Notes: a model not told the origin generated them from the sequence alone. 34,707 nt of DNA from Nanobdellota archaeon (GCA_043814765.1 JBDRJQ010000032.1:1-34707); one strand, 5' to 3'. Counted from the first letter of the stretch, positions 9,344-18,308 are shown. Translations and numbers: made by a program.

Positions 9344-11836
9344 ATGGCAAAATTAGAAAGGTTGGTTTTACAAGGTTTCAAATCCTTCAAAAGGAAAGCA
9401 TCTGTTCCTTTTCCTTCTGGATTCTCTGTTGTTACAGGACCGAACGGAAGCGGCAAGTCTAACATAGGCGATGCCATATCATTTGTTTTGGGTAAAACTT
9501 CATCCCGTGTTTTAAGGGCAAAAAAAGCTCAAGATTTGATTTTTCACGGAGGAAAGAAAAAGGGAGCCTCTGATTATGCCATCGTCACGCTTTATTTTGA
9601 TAACAAGGATAAGAGTTTACCATTGCCTGAACAAAACCCTTCTATAAGCAGAAGGATAAACCAAAAGGGCGTGAGTACATACAGGCTAAACGGAAAGGTT
9701 GTAACAAGACAGCAAATAGTTGACTTGTTTGCTCAGGCAGGCATTCATCATGACGGTCATAACATGATACAGCAGGGCGACGTAACGCAGATTGTGGAGA
9801 TGGATTCTGTTGAGAGAAGAGAGATATTGGATGAGATTTCAGGTATTGCAGAGTACGATGATAAAAAAAGAAAGGCTGAAAAGGAGCTTCTAAAGATAGA
9901 TGATAAAGTTAAGGAAGCAGATATTATTCTCAATGAAAAAACTCAGATAATAGAGAAGCTAAAAACTGACAGGGACGCTGCAATAGAATATAAAAAGGGT
10001 GTTGATGATTTAGACAACATAAGAAGTGCCATAACAATTAAGAGTTTTTCTGAAGCAGAAAGCGGCTTAAAGAGCGCAGAAGAAAAAATCAAAAGTAAAG
10101 AAAAGGGGTTTGAAGATCTTGAAAAGGAAATAAAGAAATTGGACGAAGAACTGATAAAGGAAGAGCAGGCCCTTAAAAAATTAACTGACAACGTGGTAAA
10201 AGCTTCTAACCAAATAGAAGTTACTAAAAAAATAGAGAGATTAAGGTCTGATATAGAGATAACAAAAGACAAAATAATCACAAAGCGCAATGAGATTATA
10301 AGGCTTCAAGACATGATTGATAGAATACAAATAATCAGCATGGGAAGGGGTGCAAGCCCCTTAATAAAAGATGTTTTAAAGATAAAGGGTGTTAGAGGAA
10401 CCTTTTCAAACTTAATTTCTGTACCAAACGAGTATTCAACTGCCGTTAGCATAGCCGCTGGCGGTCACATGAATGACATTGTAGTGGATACAACTGATGT
10501 TGCTGTTAAAGGTGTAAACTACTTGAAAGCAGCCAAAGCAGGCAGAGCGAGATTCATACCGCTGGATAAGATACAATCATTCAAGAAGGGCAACTTGCCT
10601 AAACCTGCTATAGGATGGCTATCAGATCTTGTGGAATACAGCCCCAGATACTCGGCCGCAGTAAAATATGTGCTCGGATCAACCGCTTGCGTAAAGGATA
10701 TTGAAACAGCCAAAAGGATATCATCAATTCAAAGGCTAAGAATGGTTAGCCTTGACGGCGATATGATGGAAGCTTCTGGAGCTATAACAGGCGGCTATTT
10801 TAAAAATAAAGTTAAGAGCACGACTGACGTTACCGGTTATGTTAATGAAAAAAACAGTCTCGAGAAAGAGATTGAAAAATACGAAGTAATTTTAAGGGAT
10901 TATAATCAACAGCTTGAAAAACTTGCTGATAAAGAAGTAGGAACATCTACTGCAAACTTTGAGCGGGAACGCATAAAAATCGATGAGAAGACAGAAAGGC
11001 TAAGAGAAAAGAGAAGTGATGCATACGAGAGAAGAGTTGAACTGCAGCAAACTATAAGCAAACTAAATATTCAAAAGGCACGATGGGAAGCAAAGCATGA
11101 TAATTTCAAGGTAAGCATTGAAGCTCATAAGAAAACAAAGAAGAAAGATATTGGAAAAGAGCTTGAAGAGTTCATGAAAAATTCTGTATTAAAATTAAAG
11201 GAAATGGAAATCAATCTCGTTGAGAAGATAGAGGTCATGGGACCAGTTAACATGAAGGCCATAGATGATTTTGAAACAATAAAAGAGGAGTTTGACGACT
11301 TCAAAGAAAAGGTTGATAAAATAGTTAAAGAGAAAACCTCCATAACTGAAACCATTGTAAAAATTGAAACAAAGAGGCTAACAACGTTCATGGCAACTTT
11401 AAATGAGGTTTCAAGCAATTTCAAGCAGGTTTACAGGGAGCTGACAGGCGGTGACGCAGATTTAGAGCTTGAGAATCAGAATGACATGAACACGGGCTTA
11501 ATGATAAAAGCTTCTCCTGGAGGCAAAAAACTGCTTAACATTGATGCTCTATCAGGAGGAGAAAAAACACTCACAGCATTTGCTTTCTTATTTGCAATAC
11601 AGAGGCACAAGCCTTCGCCATTTTATGTTCTTGATGAGGCTGACGCAGCACTAGACGAAGTAAACACAAAGAAGATTGTCGAACTAATCAAAAAGCAATC
11701 CAAGCTGGCCCAGTTCATCGTTATCTCTCATAACGACACTCTGGTTAGAGAAGGAGACCAGATATACGGAGTTACTATGGATGACGGTGAATCAAAGATA
11801 CTTACTATAGAGCTTCCTAAAACCAAAAACAACTAA
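9344..11836 (+). CDS. smc: Chromosome segregation protein SMC with short arms (830 aa)
   Basis: GFKSF, Walker A GPNGSGKSN, Q-loop IQQGDV, hinge (GVRG...GRARFIPLD...VSLDGD...GAITGG), signature LSGGEK, Walker B LDEADAALD, FIVISH. Confidence 0.95.
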   Translation: MAKLERLVLQGFKSFKRKASVPFPSGFSVVTGPNGSGKSNIGDAISFVLGKTSSRVLRAKKAQDLIFHGGKKKGASDYAIVTLYFDNKDKSLPLPEQNPSISRRINQKGVSTYRLNGKVVTRQQIVDLFAQAGIHHDGHNMIQQGDVTQIVEMDSVERREILDEISGIAEYDDKKRKAEKELLKIDDKVKEADIILNEKTQIIEKLKTDRDAAIEYKKGVDDLDNIRSAITIKSFSEAESGLKSAEEKIKSKEKGFEDLEKEIKKLDEELIKEEQALKKLTDNVVKASNQIEVTKKIERLRSDIEITKDKIITKRNEIIRLQDMIDRIQIISMGRGASPLIKDVLKIKGVRGTFSNLISVPNEYSTAVSIAAGGHMNDIVVDTTDVAVKGVNYLKAAKAGRARFIPLDKIQSFKKGNLPKPAIGWLSDLVEYSPRYSAAVKYVLGSTACVKDIETAKRISSIQRLRMVSLDGDMMEASGAITGGYFKNKVKSTTDVTGYVNEKNSLEKEIEKYEVILRDYNQQLEKLADKEVGTSTANFERERIKIDEKTERLREKRSDAYERRVELQQTISKLNIQKARWEAKHDNFKVSIEAHKKTKKKDIGKELEEFMKNSVLKLKEMEINLVEKIEVMGPVNMKAIDDFETIKEEFDDFKEKVDKIVKEKTSITETIVKIETKRLTTFMATLNEVSSNFKQVYRELTGGDADLELENQNDMNTGLMIKASPGGKKLLNIDALSGGEKTLTAFAFLFAIQRHKPSPFYVLDEADAALDEVNTKKIVELIKKQSKLAQFIVISHNDTLVREGDQIYGVTMDDGESKILTIELPKTKNN

Positions 11837-11872
11837 ATTTTGTGTTATAAATCGGTAAACATAATAATTATC

Positions 11873-12325
11873 ATGAATGTTTTGCTGCACTTTCTTTTGA
11901 ATTATTTTGTAATAAATTTGATATTTGGAAATGCGTTCAACTATATTTTCTACATACTGTTGTTCTCAATAATGCTCGATCTGGATCATATTCCATACAC
12001 AATCAGAACAAGGAAAAAATTAATCAGCAAGAAATTCGGCGCAGAATCCAGATCGCGTTTTCATGAGCTATACGGTTTGGCGCTGTTCTCTGTAGTGCTA
12101 TCTGTTCTTTACCTCTTTGTCGAATCAATGATAATATATGTTATAGGAATGTCTGTTATTCTGCATTATGCTTTTGACTTTTTACTGGGAAAGAGCAGAC
12201 CCTTCTATCCGTTCTCTAAAAAAGAGGTTTCACTGAAAATACTGAGTGAAAAACAGAGAGCTGTCTTTGAGATAGCGTTAACCATAATACTGGGAGTGAT
12301 ATTTTGGCTAAGCATGCTAAGATGA
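11873..12325 (+). CDS. Membrane-bound metal-dependent hydrolase (YdjM-like)
   Basis: N-terminal His, DLDH, RSRFHE and LHYAFD motifs in a multi-TM protein. ATG 11873 preferred over the track's TTG 11840. Confidence 0.7.
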   Translation: MNVLLHFLLNYFVINLIFGNAFNYIFYILLFSIMLDLDHIPYTIRTRKKLISKKFGAESRSRFHELYGLALFSVVLSVLYLFVESMIIYVIGMSVILHYAFDFLLGKSRPFYPFSKKEVSLKILSEKQRAVFEIALTIILGVIFWLSMLR

Positions 12326-12744
12326 AAGTTGTAGGGAAAACAAGAGAAGCTCTTGATAAGATTTTCTTAAAGCTTCCTCTGCCTAAAATAAACCCCAATA
12401 CAATATCAGCAGCATCGATAATAACCAGCCTGCTCTTTGTTTTTAGCCTCAATTATTCTGCTTTATTAGCTTTTGTTTTGATACTGATAACTCTTCTGTT
12501 TGACTGGCTAGACGGCCTCGTAGCAAAGAAGCACAGACTGGCTTCAGAAGAAGGCTATATGGTGGATGTGACAGCTGATAGGATGTCAGAAGGCATAATG
12601 TTCCTTCCGTTCTTCATGCCCTGGTTTTTGTTTTTTGCAGTTAACAACGTATTAGCACTCTGGGGGTTCAAGAAAAACAAACATATAATAATGCCGCTCA
12701 GGCATCTCTTTCTGGTGTATTTTTTACTGGTTTTTGTTTTTTAG
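12322..12744 (+). CDS. CDP-alcohol phosphatidyltransferase (archaeal phospholipid head-group synthase)
   Basis: PNTIS and the signature DxxDGxxA...GxxxDxxxDR (DWLDGLVAK...GYMVDVTADR). ATG 12322 overlaps the upstream stop (ATGA). Confidence 0.88.
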   Translation: MKVVGKTREALDKIFLKLPLPKINPNTISAASIITSLLFVFSLNYSALLAFVLILITLLFDWLDGLVAKKHRLASEEGYMVDVTADRMSEGIMFLPFFMPWFLFFAVNNVLALWGFKKNKHIIMPLRHLFLVYFLLVFVF

Positions 12745-12842
12745 AATCAAACTTCAATAATCACAAAACGTTATTTAAGGTTTTTGATTAAACCTTTAGA
12801 AAAAAGTTTATGCTATTTAAAATTTCAATACTATAATAGTCC

Positions 12843-13922
12843 ATGGAAAATTTAACTGAAATTGGTTCTGGAGAAAAAATCAGTGAAAGTATCGGAACCA
12901 ATAGAATAGCAGGTTCTAATTGGCCAGTATCAGAGGGTAGGTACGAAGTTGGTGACGAGTCGTCTCCGGTAGCTGTATGCACGATGGCTTCTGTTGACTT
13001 GAAACTTCCAATGGGAAAAATTGCTATCCTAGGAAAATGCGTAACTGAAAACATAGGCATTGAGAAGATTGTAAAAAACATCGTATCGAACCCGAAAATA
13101 AGATTCCTAATCATGTGCGGGAAGATATCAAAAGGTCATTTTGTTGAGCAGGCTATAGAGTCATTGATAGAAAATGGTGTCGATGACCAAATGAACATAA
13201 TAGGAGCAAAAGGGGCAATGCCGTCTGTAAAGAATTTAACAAAGGAGGATGTTGAAAAATTCAAAAAACAGGTTATTCTCATTAACATTGCAGGTGAAGA
13301 AGAACATGAAAAGATATTGGATGTTGTTAAGGCCTGTTATCAAAAAAATCCGGGAGTGTTTGAATACAGCAATGAAAACGAAATTATCAAGGAGGTAAAT
13401 GAAATGGAAGGAGAAGAAATTAAAGCTGCAGAGGCAGAAGTCGCTGCAATGAATATTGGAAGCATAAGAGCTGATGCTTCTTTGCTGTCTTGGAAACAAG
13501 ATGAAAAGGGATTTTTTATAATATGCCCAGATTCTCATAGAAATGAAATAATTGTTGAATATCACGCTCATGATGGTAAGATTTTAGGCACTATAATAGG
13601 AATTAACGCAGAAGAGATATTCAAAACTATTATAGCAAAGAATCTTGTATCAGAAAAGCCTCATTGCGCTTATCTCGGTGCAGAGCTAATAAAGGCTGAA
13701 ATCGCGATGAAAAACAAACTGGATTATATACAGGACAGCGAGCTCATAATACCAACAAAAGTTGAGAAAAGAAGCGAGATAAGAATACACGGGCACAATA
13801 TGGAAAAGAAAACCTACATGACAAAGAATGAAAAGAACAGTCCAGTGTTCATAGAAAAGGTGGATCATGACGAGGATTTGAAAAAAGTTCTGCAGGAAAT
13901 AGGAATGTGCAGGGTTTTTTAG
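12843..13922 (+). CDS. MtrA-like corrinoid-binding domain fused to a C-terminal DUF4346-like domain
   Basis: WPV..G.Y.VGD..SPVAVCT.AS, G.CVTENIGIEKIV.NIVSNP.IRFLI.CG...KGH and IIGAKGA.P are MtrA signatures including the His ligand. The C-terminus D.KGFFII...HCAYLG.EL.KAE.A......YIQD is DUF4346-like. No C-terminal TM anchor. Confidence 0.88.
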   Translation: MENLTEIGSGEKISESIGTNRIAGSNWPVSEGRYEVGDESSPVAVCTMASVDLKLPMGKIAILGKCVTENIGIEKIVKNIVSNPKIRFLIMCGKISKGHFVEQAIESLIENGVDDQMNIIGAKGAMPSVKNLTKEDVEKFKKQVILINIAGEEEHEKILDVVKACYQKNPGVFEYSNENEIIKEVNEMEGEEIKAAEAEVAAMNIGSIRADASLLSWKQDEKGFFIICPDSHRNEIIVEYHAHDGKILGTIIGINAEEIFKTIIAKNLVSEKPHCAYLGAELIKAEIAMKNKLDYIQDSELIIPTKVEKRSEIRIHGHNMEKKTYMTKNEKNSPVFIEKVDHDEDLKKVLQEIGMCRVF

Positions 13923-13932
13923 GAGTGATGTT

Positions 13933-14715
13933 ATGGATGAAAATATGCCACAGGTTCCTTATCAACCATTGGTTGTTGAAGGACAAAATTTAGGTGAAGC
14001 TTGGGAGAGTGCAGTAAGGACTATGATGGCTAAAGGATTTAACAGGTTTATTAAAGCTCCTGAGTATCAAACATGGACAAAAGACTCTCCAATGTTTATA
14101 ATGGTGAAGGATCCTATGGCAGCACCGAGATTTTCTGCTAAGGCTCCGATAACACAAAGCATAGCTGATCAGTATTCAGAAAAGATGTTAAACGGCATGG
14201 AAAAGGAAAAGGAGAACAGTTTCGATTACACTTACTACTCCCGATTGAGACACTATCCCGACTGCATAGTCAGGGCAGGAATGCCCAACGTCTCTGATGA
14301 GCATGAAATGAAACAATATGTTCATAAAGTCTGCGAAGGCAAATGTGTTGTTCAGAGAATTGATCAGGTGGAAAAGGTTATTGAAATACTCAAAAAGGAT
14401 CCGACACGAAGAACAGCTGTCATGCACACATGGATACCAATGCGGGATCTGGCAAAATTCACACCAGAGAGAAAAGATACTTCGTCGCCATGTTTGGTTA
14501 TATGCCATCCTCAGATAGCAGAAGACAAGCTGCATTTTAACATTGTGATGAAAACCAATGACCTGTTCAGCGCATGGCCAGGCAACGCTTACGCATTCAC
14601 AACATTGCAGAAATATATGGCTGACCAGCTAGGCATCGGCGTGGGTCACTACACGCATTTTTCCGTGTCAATGCAGGTTTATGAAGAAGTGTATGAAAGC
14701 GCGAGAAGTGTATAG
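13933..14715 (+). CDS. thyA: Archaeal-type thymidylate synthase (ThyA fold) with divergent motifs
   Basis: FDYTY..RLR, DQV...I..LK.DPTRRTA, catalytic PCL, ND...AWP.N, G.YTH....VYE; AGGAGTGA Shine-Dalgarno. Confidence 0.85.
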   Translation: MDENMPQVPYQPLVVEGQNLGEAWESAVRTMMAKGFNRFIKAPEYQTWTKDSPMFIMVKDPMAAPRFSAKAPITQSIADQYSEKMLNGMEKEKENSFDYTYYSRLRHYPDCIVRAGMPNVSDEHEMKQYVHKVCEGKCVVQRIDQVEKVIEILKKDPTRRTAVMHTWIPMRDLAKFTPERKDTSSPCLVICHPQIAEDKLHFNIVMKTNDLFSAWPGNAYAFTTLQKYMADQLGIGVGHYTHFSVSMQVYEEVYESARSV

Positions 14716-14739
14716 TTAAAATTTAGTGAGGTTAAAAAA

Positions 14740-15315
14740 ATGATACTACCAGATCATGAAATCAAAAAGCTTCTTGTTGAAGGCAGGCTAAAAATAGAGC
14801 CTTTGGATGATCCTGAAAATCAAATACAACCTGCTGGTGTTGATCTTAGACTTGGCAACACGTTTAGGATATTCAAGACATCTGCAGTGCCTTACATAGA
14901 CACAAAAAAGAAAGCAGAAGACTACACAGAATTGGTTGAGATTGAAGACGGAAATCAATTTATAATACATCCCAGTGAATTCGTTTTAGGCTCTGTTAAA
15001 GAATTCATTAAATTGCCTGATGACCTAGTCGGTTCTCTGGACGGCAGATCTGGCATAGGAAGATTGGGCGTATCAATACACACGACTTCATCTTCCATAA
15101 ACCCTGGCTGGGAAGGAATACTTGTTTTGGAGATATCAAACGTGGGAAAGATGCCTGTTGCACTTTACCCAGGAATGCGCATAGCAAAACTTGCATTGCA
15201 TAAACTGTCGTCACCATCAGAAAAACCTTACAACATAAAAAAAGGTGTTCTTTATCACGGTCAAGACAACACAAACATGCAGAGCAAGATTCATGAAGAG
15301 TTTGACGGAAACTAG
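14740..15315 (+). CDS. dcd: dCTP deaminase
   Basis: QIQPAGVDLRLG, F.IHP.EFVL, DGRS..GRLG, PGWEG.LVLE.SN, LYPGMRI, Y.GQ. Confidence 0.93.
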   Translation: MILPDHEIKKLLVEGRLKIEPLDDPENQIQPAGVDLRLGNTFRIFKTSAVPYIDTKKKAEDYTELVEIEDGNQFIIHPSEFVLGSVKEFIKLPDDLVGSLDGRSGIGRLGVSIHTTSSSINPGWEGILVLEISNVGKMPVALYPGMRIAKLALHKLSSPSEKPYNIKKGVLYHGQDNTNMQSKIHEEFDGN

Positions 15316-16868
15316 TTTTCTAATAGACGATTGTGCACGTAATAGGCGTTTTCATATGGTACTATGCCCTTATCTATAGACAGGGTATGATGCACTATTT
15401 TTCTTATTTCAATATACAGAAGATATCTAAATTCTGAATGGGATGGCAGACCCGTTACACTAAATTTAGTATAATTTTCATTATCAAACGTGTCTCTAAT
15501 CTCATAAACGTAAACAATATCCGGTTCATGTTCGTTTGCATATGCTATTGCGTCTGCCATGCCTCTATCTCCGAGTAACTTGTCCAGACCGGATTTTTCA
15601 TAAGCCGTTTCTCCCTCTTTCCAAATATAGAAATCAGTCGTCTTGCCAAATAAGAACAGAATGGATGGGTTATCTGTAAAGATTGTTTCTGGGTTATATT
15701 TTTCAAATTCCTGATAAAGATACCAGTCTGTATTGTCTACAATGCGTAATGGATATACAACACCGCCAAATACTGAAAATATAACCAGTAAGATGAACAA
15801 ATAGCCAACGATTCTTTTTTTATCAATCCCCAAATCAAAGAATATCTTCGCTGTTATCAAAACCACAGGCACCATTATCTCGTAGAGGTAGTGCCTGAAT
15901 AAAGCACCTGTAAAAATGAAAGAGATTGAATAAACTGCTAACCAAAGCAATATGAAGAGATATCCCTTATCTGAAGGGCTTTTTAGGTTCTTTAAACCAA
16001 TTCTGCCTTTAATCATGTAAAAAATCAAACCTATGCCCAATAATAGCAACAGGTAAGTATCCCATCTAAAAGAGTTTATAATTGCGTTTATTTTTGGAAG
16101 TGCCGATTCCATCCACACAGCAGGCGTTACTGGGTTGTGATATGACTGGTATGTGATTATTGAACGGAAAAAGGCTTCAAAGGAATTTGTAGCGAATAGG
16201 TAAATTAAAAATGGGGAAAACCCTATCAGCAATCCAGCTAAATATTTAGAGCATTTGTCCAAAAGGTCCTTTCTGTCATAAGCTAGAATGAACAGGAAAA
16301 GCAATGCTGCAAAGATTATAGGTGACTGTCTGAACATTCCAGCAGCACCAATCATAATTCCAGAGAAAAGGAACTTGTGTTTATGGTCTGACAGGTATAT
16401 CAAAAAGGCCAGTGACATTAGAAATGTGGTGAAAGGCTCTGTGAACAAAACACCAGCTACGCTGTTAACTAGGGATGAAATACCGAAAAACAATGCGGCT
16501 ACCAGAGCTATTTTTTCTTTCTTGTCATGATTTTTGAATAGTTTCAGTGCTATCAAATAGACTAGCCATGTTGTTAAGACGTTAATCAGGACTGAAAGCA
16601 CTCTCATGGCTAACAGGGTTGTGAAAGTGTTGCCAAAAAGGAATGTTATTGGAACAGATATCCATATTATTGCTGGTGGCTTTTGAAGGCCATTGAAATA
16701 ATCAACAAACGCATGCTTGCCATTCAACTCCAGCCAGGAATTGTAAATAGCAGCTGCTTCATCATAAGTGAATGATTGGTATATGGATATGGATAGTAAT
16801 GGTATTAGGAAAGAGGCTATCAAAATCAGATACAAGATCCTTCTTTGTGTAAGTAATTCCTTAACCAT
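15312..16868 (-). CDS. GT-C fold lipid-linked-sugar glycosyltransferase (ArnT/PMT-like, GT39/GT83 type)
   Basis: First TM followed by a DE motif (TYDEA) and KPP, roughly a dozen TM helices, RHYL, soluble C-terminal domain. Confidence 0.8.
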   Translation of the reverse strand: MVKELLTQRRILYLILIASFLIPLLSISIYQSFTYDEAAAIYNSWLELNGKHAFVDYFNGLQKPPAIIWISVPITFLFGNTFTTLLAMRVLSVLINVLTTWLVYLIALKLFKNHDKKEKIALVAALFFGISSLVNSVAGVLFTEPFTTFLMSLAFLIYLSDHKHKFLFSGIMIGAAGMFRQSPIIFAALLFLFILAYDRKDLLDKCSKYLAGLLIGFSPFLIYLFATNSFEAFFRSIITYQSYHNPVTPAVWMESALPKINAIINSFRWDTYLLLLLGIGLIFYMIKGRIGLKNLKSPSDKGYLFILLWLAVYSISFIFTGALFRHYLYEIMVPVVLITAKIFFDLGIDKKRIVGYLFILLVIFSVFGGVVYPLRIVDNTDWYLYQEFEKYNPETIFTDNPSILFLFGKTTDFYIWKEGETAYEKSGLDKLLGDRGMADAIAYANEHEPDIVYVYEIRDTFDNENYTKFSVTGLPSHSEFRYLLYIEIRKIVHHTLSIDKGIVPYENAYYVHNRLLEN

Positions 16869-16917
16869 ACTCTTTTATATTTAAGCATATTTTTAAATAC
16901 TACATTAGGAGCGATAT

Positions 16918-17667
16918 ATGCCAAAACCAGTTTTTGTGATAATTGCAGGCGGCCTTGCTACGCGAATGAAGCCCGTCACAGAAGAGATTCCAAAATGCCT
17001 TATTGACGTTAGTGGGAAGCCACTAATACAGCATCAAGTAGAATATCTAGCTAAAAGAGGCTACAATGATTTCATATTCTGCGTAGCGCATTTAGCAGAC
17101 AAGGTTAAAGAACACTTTGATGATGGCTCTGCTTTCGGTATTAATGTAAAATATTCACACGAGCCAAAGGAGCTGTTAGGAACAGCTGGTGCCGTTAAAT
17201 TCGTCGAGAATATGGTAGGTGATATATGCATAGTATATTACGGGGACAATCTCACAACAATAGATTTTGACAAGGCGCTTGAATTTCACAGGTTAAAGAA
17301 CAGCGACTTTACAGTTCTTCTGCGGCCTCTTCCAGAAGGCTACAAATCTAGTAGCATAATAACCCTTGATGAATCAGGAAAGGTTACAACCTTCTTTGAG
17401 AAGCCTCCACAAGAGGAATTTGATAAGCATGAAGAAGAGAAAATGTACATAAATGACGGCATTTACATAATGAACAGAAACGTGTTCTCACTAATACCTA
17501 AAAACACAAAGTTTGATTTTGCGAAAGATTTGATACCTTTATTGATGGAAAGGAGCATGAATTTCTACGGTTATGTTTCCAGTGAATTTTTTCGAGAGCT
17601 TGGAAGGGTTGAGAAATACGAAAAATTCAAAGAAGAATTAAAGGAAAGAGGTAAGGTATTGGAATGA
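16918..17667 (+). CDS. hddC: Sugar-1-phosphate nucleotidyltransferase, HddC-like (heptose-1-P guanylyltransferase)
   Basis: AGGLATRM.P.T..IPKCL, LLGTAGA, YGDNL, FEKP; operon context with GmhB/HddA/GmhA. Confidence 0.8.
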   Translation: MPKPVFVIIAGGLATRMKPVTEEIPKCLIDVSGKPLIQHQVEYLAKRGYNDFIFCVAHLADKVKEHFDDGSAFGINVKYSHEPKELLGTAGAVKFVENMVGDICIVYYGDNLTTIDFDKALEFHRLKNSDFTVLLRPLPEGYKSSSIITLDESGKVTTFFEKPPQEEFDKHEEEKMYINDGIYIMNRNVFSLIPKNTKFDFAKDLIPLLMERSMNFYGYVSSEFFRELGRVEKYEKFKEELKERGKVLE

Positions 17668-17674
17668 ACATCGA

Positions 17675-18265
17675 ATGGAGCACTATATGAACAAAGCAGT
17701 ATTTTTGGATAGGGACGGTGTTATAAACAGCACCGACGGTAATGCTCCGTTAAGCGCAGACAGGTTTTTTATCATGGACGGCGTATCAGAGGCTATTAAG
17801 AAATTAAATGAAAAAGGATACCTTGTAATTATCGTAACGAACCAACCTGACATAGCAAAGGGTTTATTGACTTTCAAAGGTCTAGAAGAGATGCACGAGA
17901 AGATGAAAAAAATCCTGACAAAAGCTGGCGCGCATCTTGATGCAGTCTACATATGCCCGCACCATCCCACAAAGGGATTTAAAGGAGAAATCCCTGAACT
18001 GAAAATGAAATGCGAATGCAGAAAACCCAAACCAGGACTTCTGCTTCAAGCTATGAAAGAATACAACATTGATTCAGAACAATCATGGATGATTGGTGAT
18101 TCAAAAACAGACATAGTCGCAGGCCAGGCAGCAGGCGTGAGAACGATAAGGGTGACCTGCAGCGAAGGTGCAAAGAGCAAAGAGGAACTAGCGCTTGGCG
18201 AAGTCCGCCCAGACTTAATTGTCTATAATCTGAAAGAAGCTGTTGATTTTATAATAAAATCTTAG
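17675..18265 (+). CDS. gmhB: D,D-heptose-1,7-bisphosphate phosphatase (HAD IIIA)
   Basis: AVFLDRDGVIN, VTNQP, Zn site CPH...CECRKPKPG, MIGDS.TD. Confidence 0.92.
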   Translation: MEHYMNKAVFLDRDGVINSTDGNAPLSADRFFIMDGVSEAIKKLNEKGYLVIIVTNQPDIAKGLLTFKGLEEMHEKMKKILTKAGAHLDAVYICPHHPTKGFKGEIPELKMKCECRKPKPGLLLQAMKEYNIDSEQSWMIGDSKTDIVAGQAAGVRTIRVTCSEGAKSKEELALGEVRPDLIVYNLKEAVDFIIKS

Positions 18266-18277
18266 AATTTTCTCTAC

Positions 18278-18308
18278 TATATAAAGCTTTCGGCGAAAGG
18301 TTTATATA
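18278..18308. promoter_or_regulatory. 31-bp palindrome comprising back-to-back BRE+TATA elements upstream of hddA
   Basis: TATATAAA-G-CTTTCG-G-CGAAAG-G-TTTATATA; each strand reads CGAAAG-n-TTTATATA. Confidence 0.7.

Noticed and set aside
12843..13922. MtrA as evidence of methanogenesis
   Set aside because: No mtrB-H or mcr genes nearby, no membrane anchor, and the context is nucleotide metabolism.
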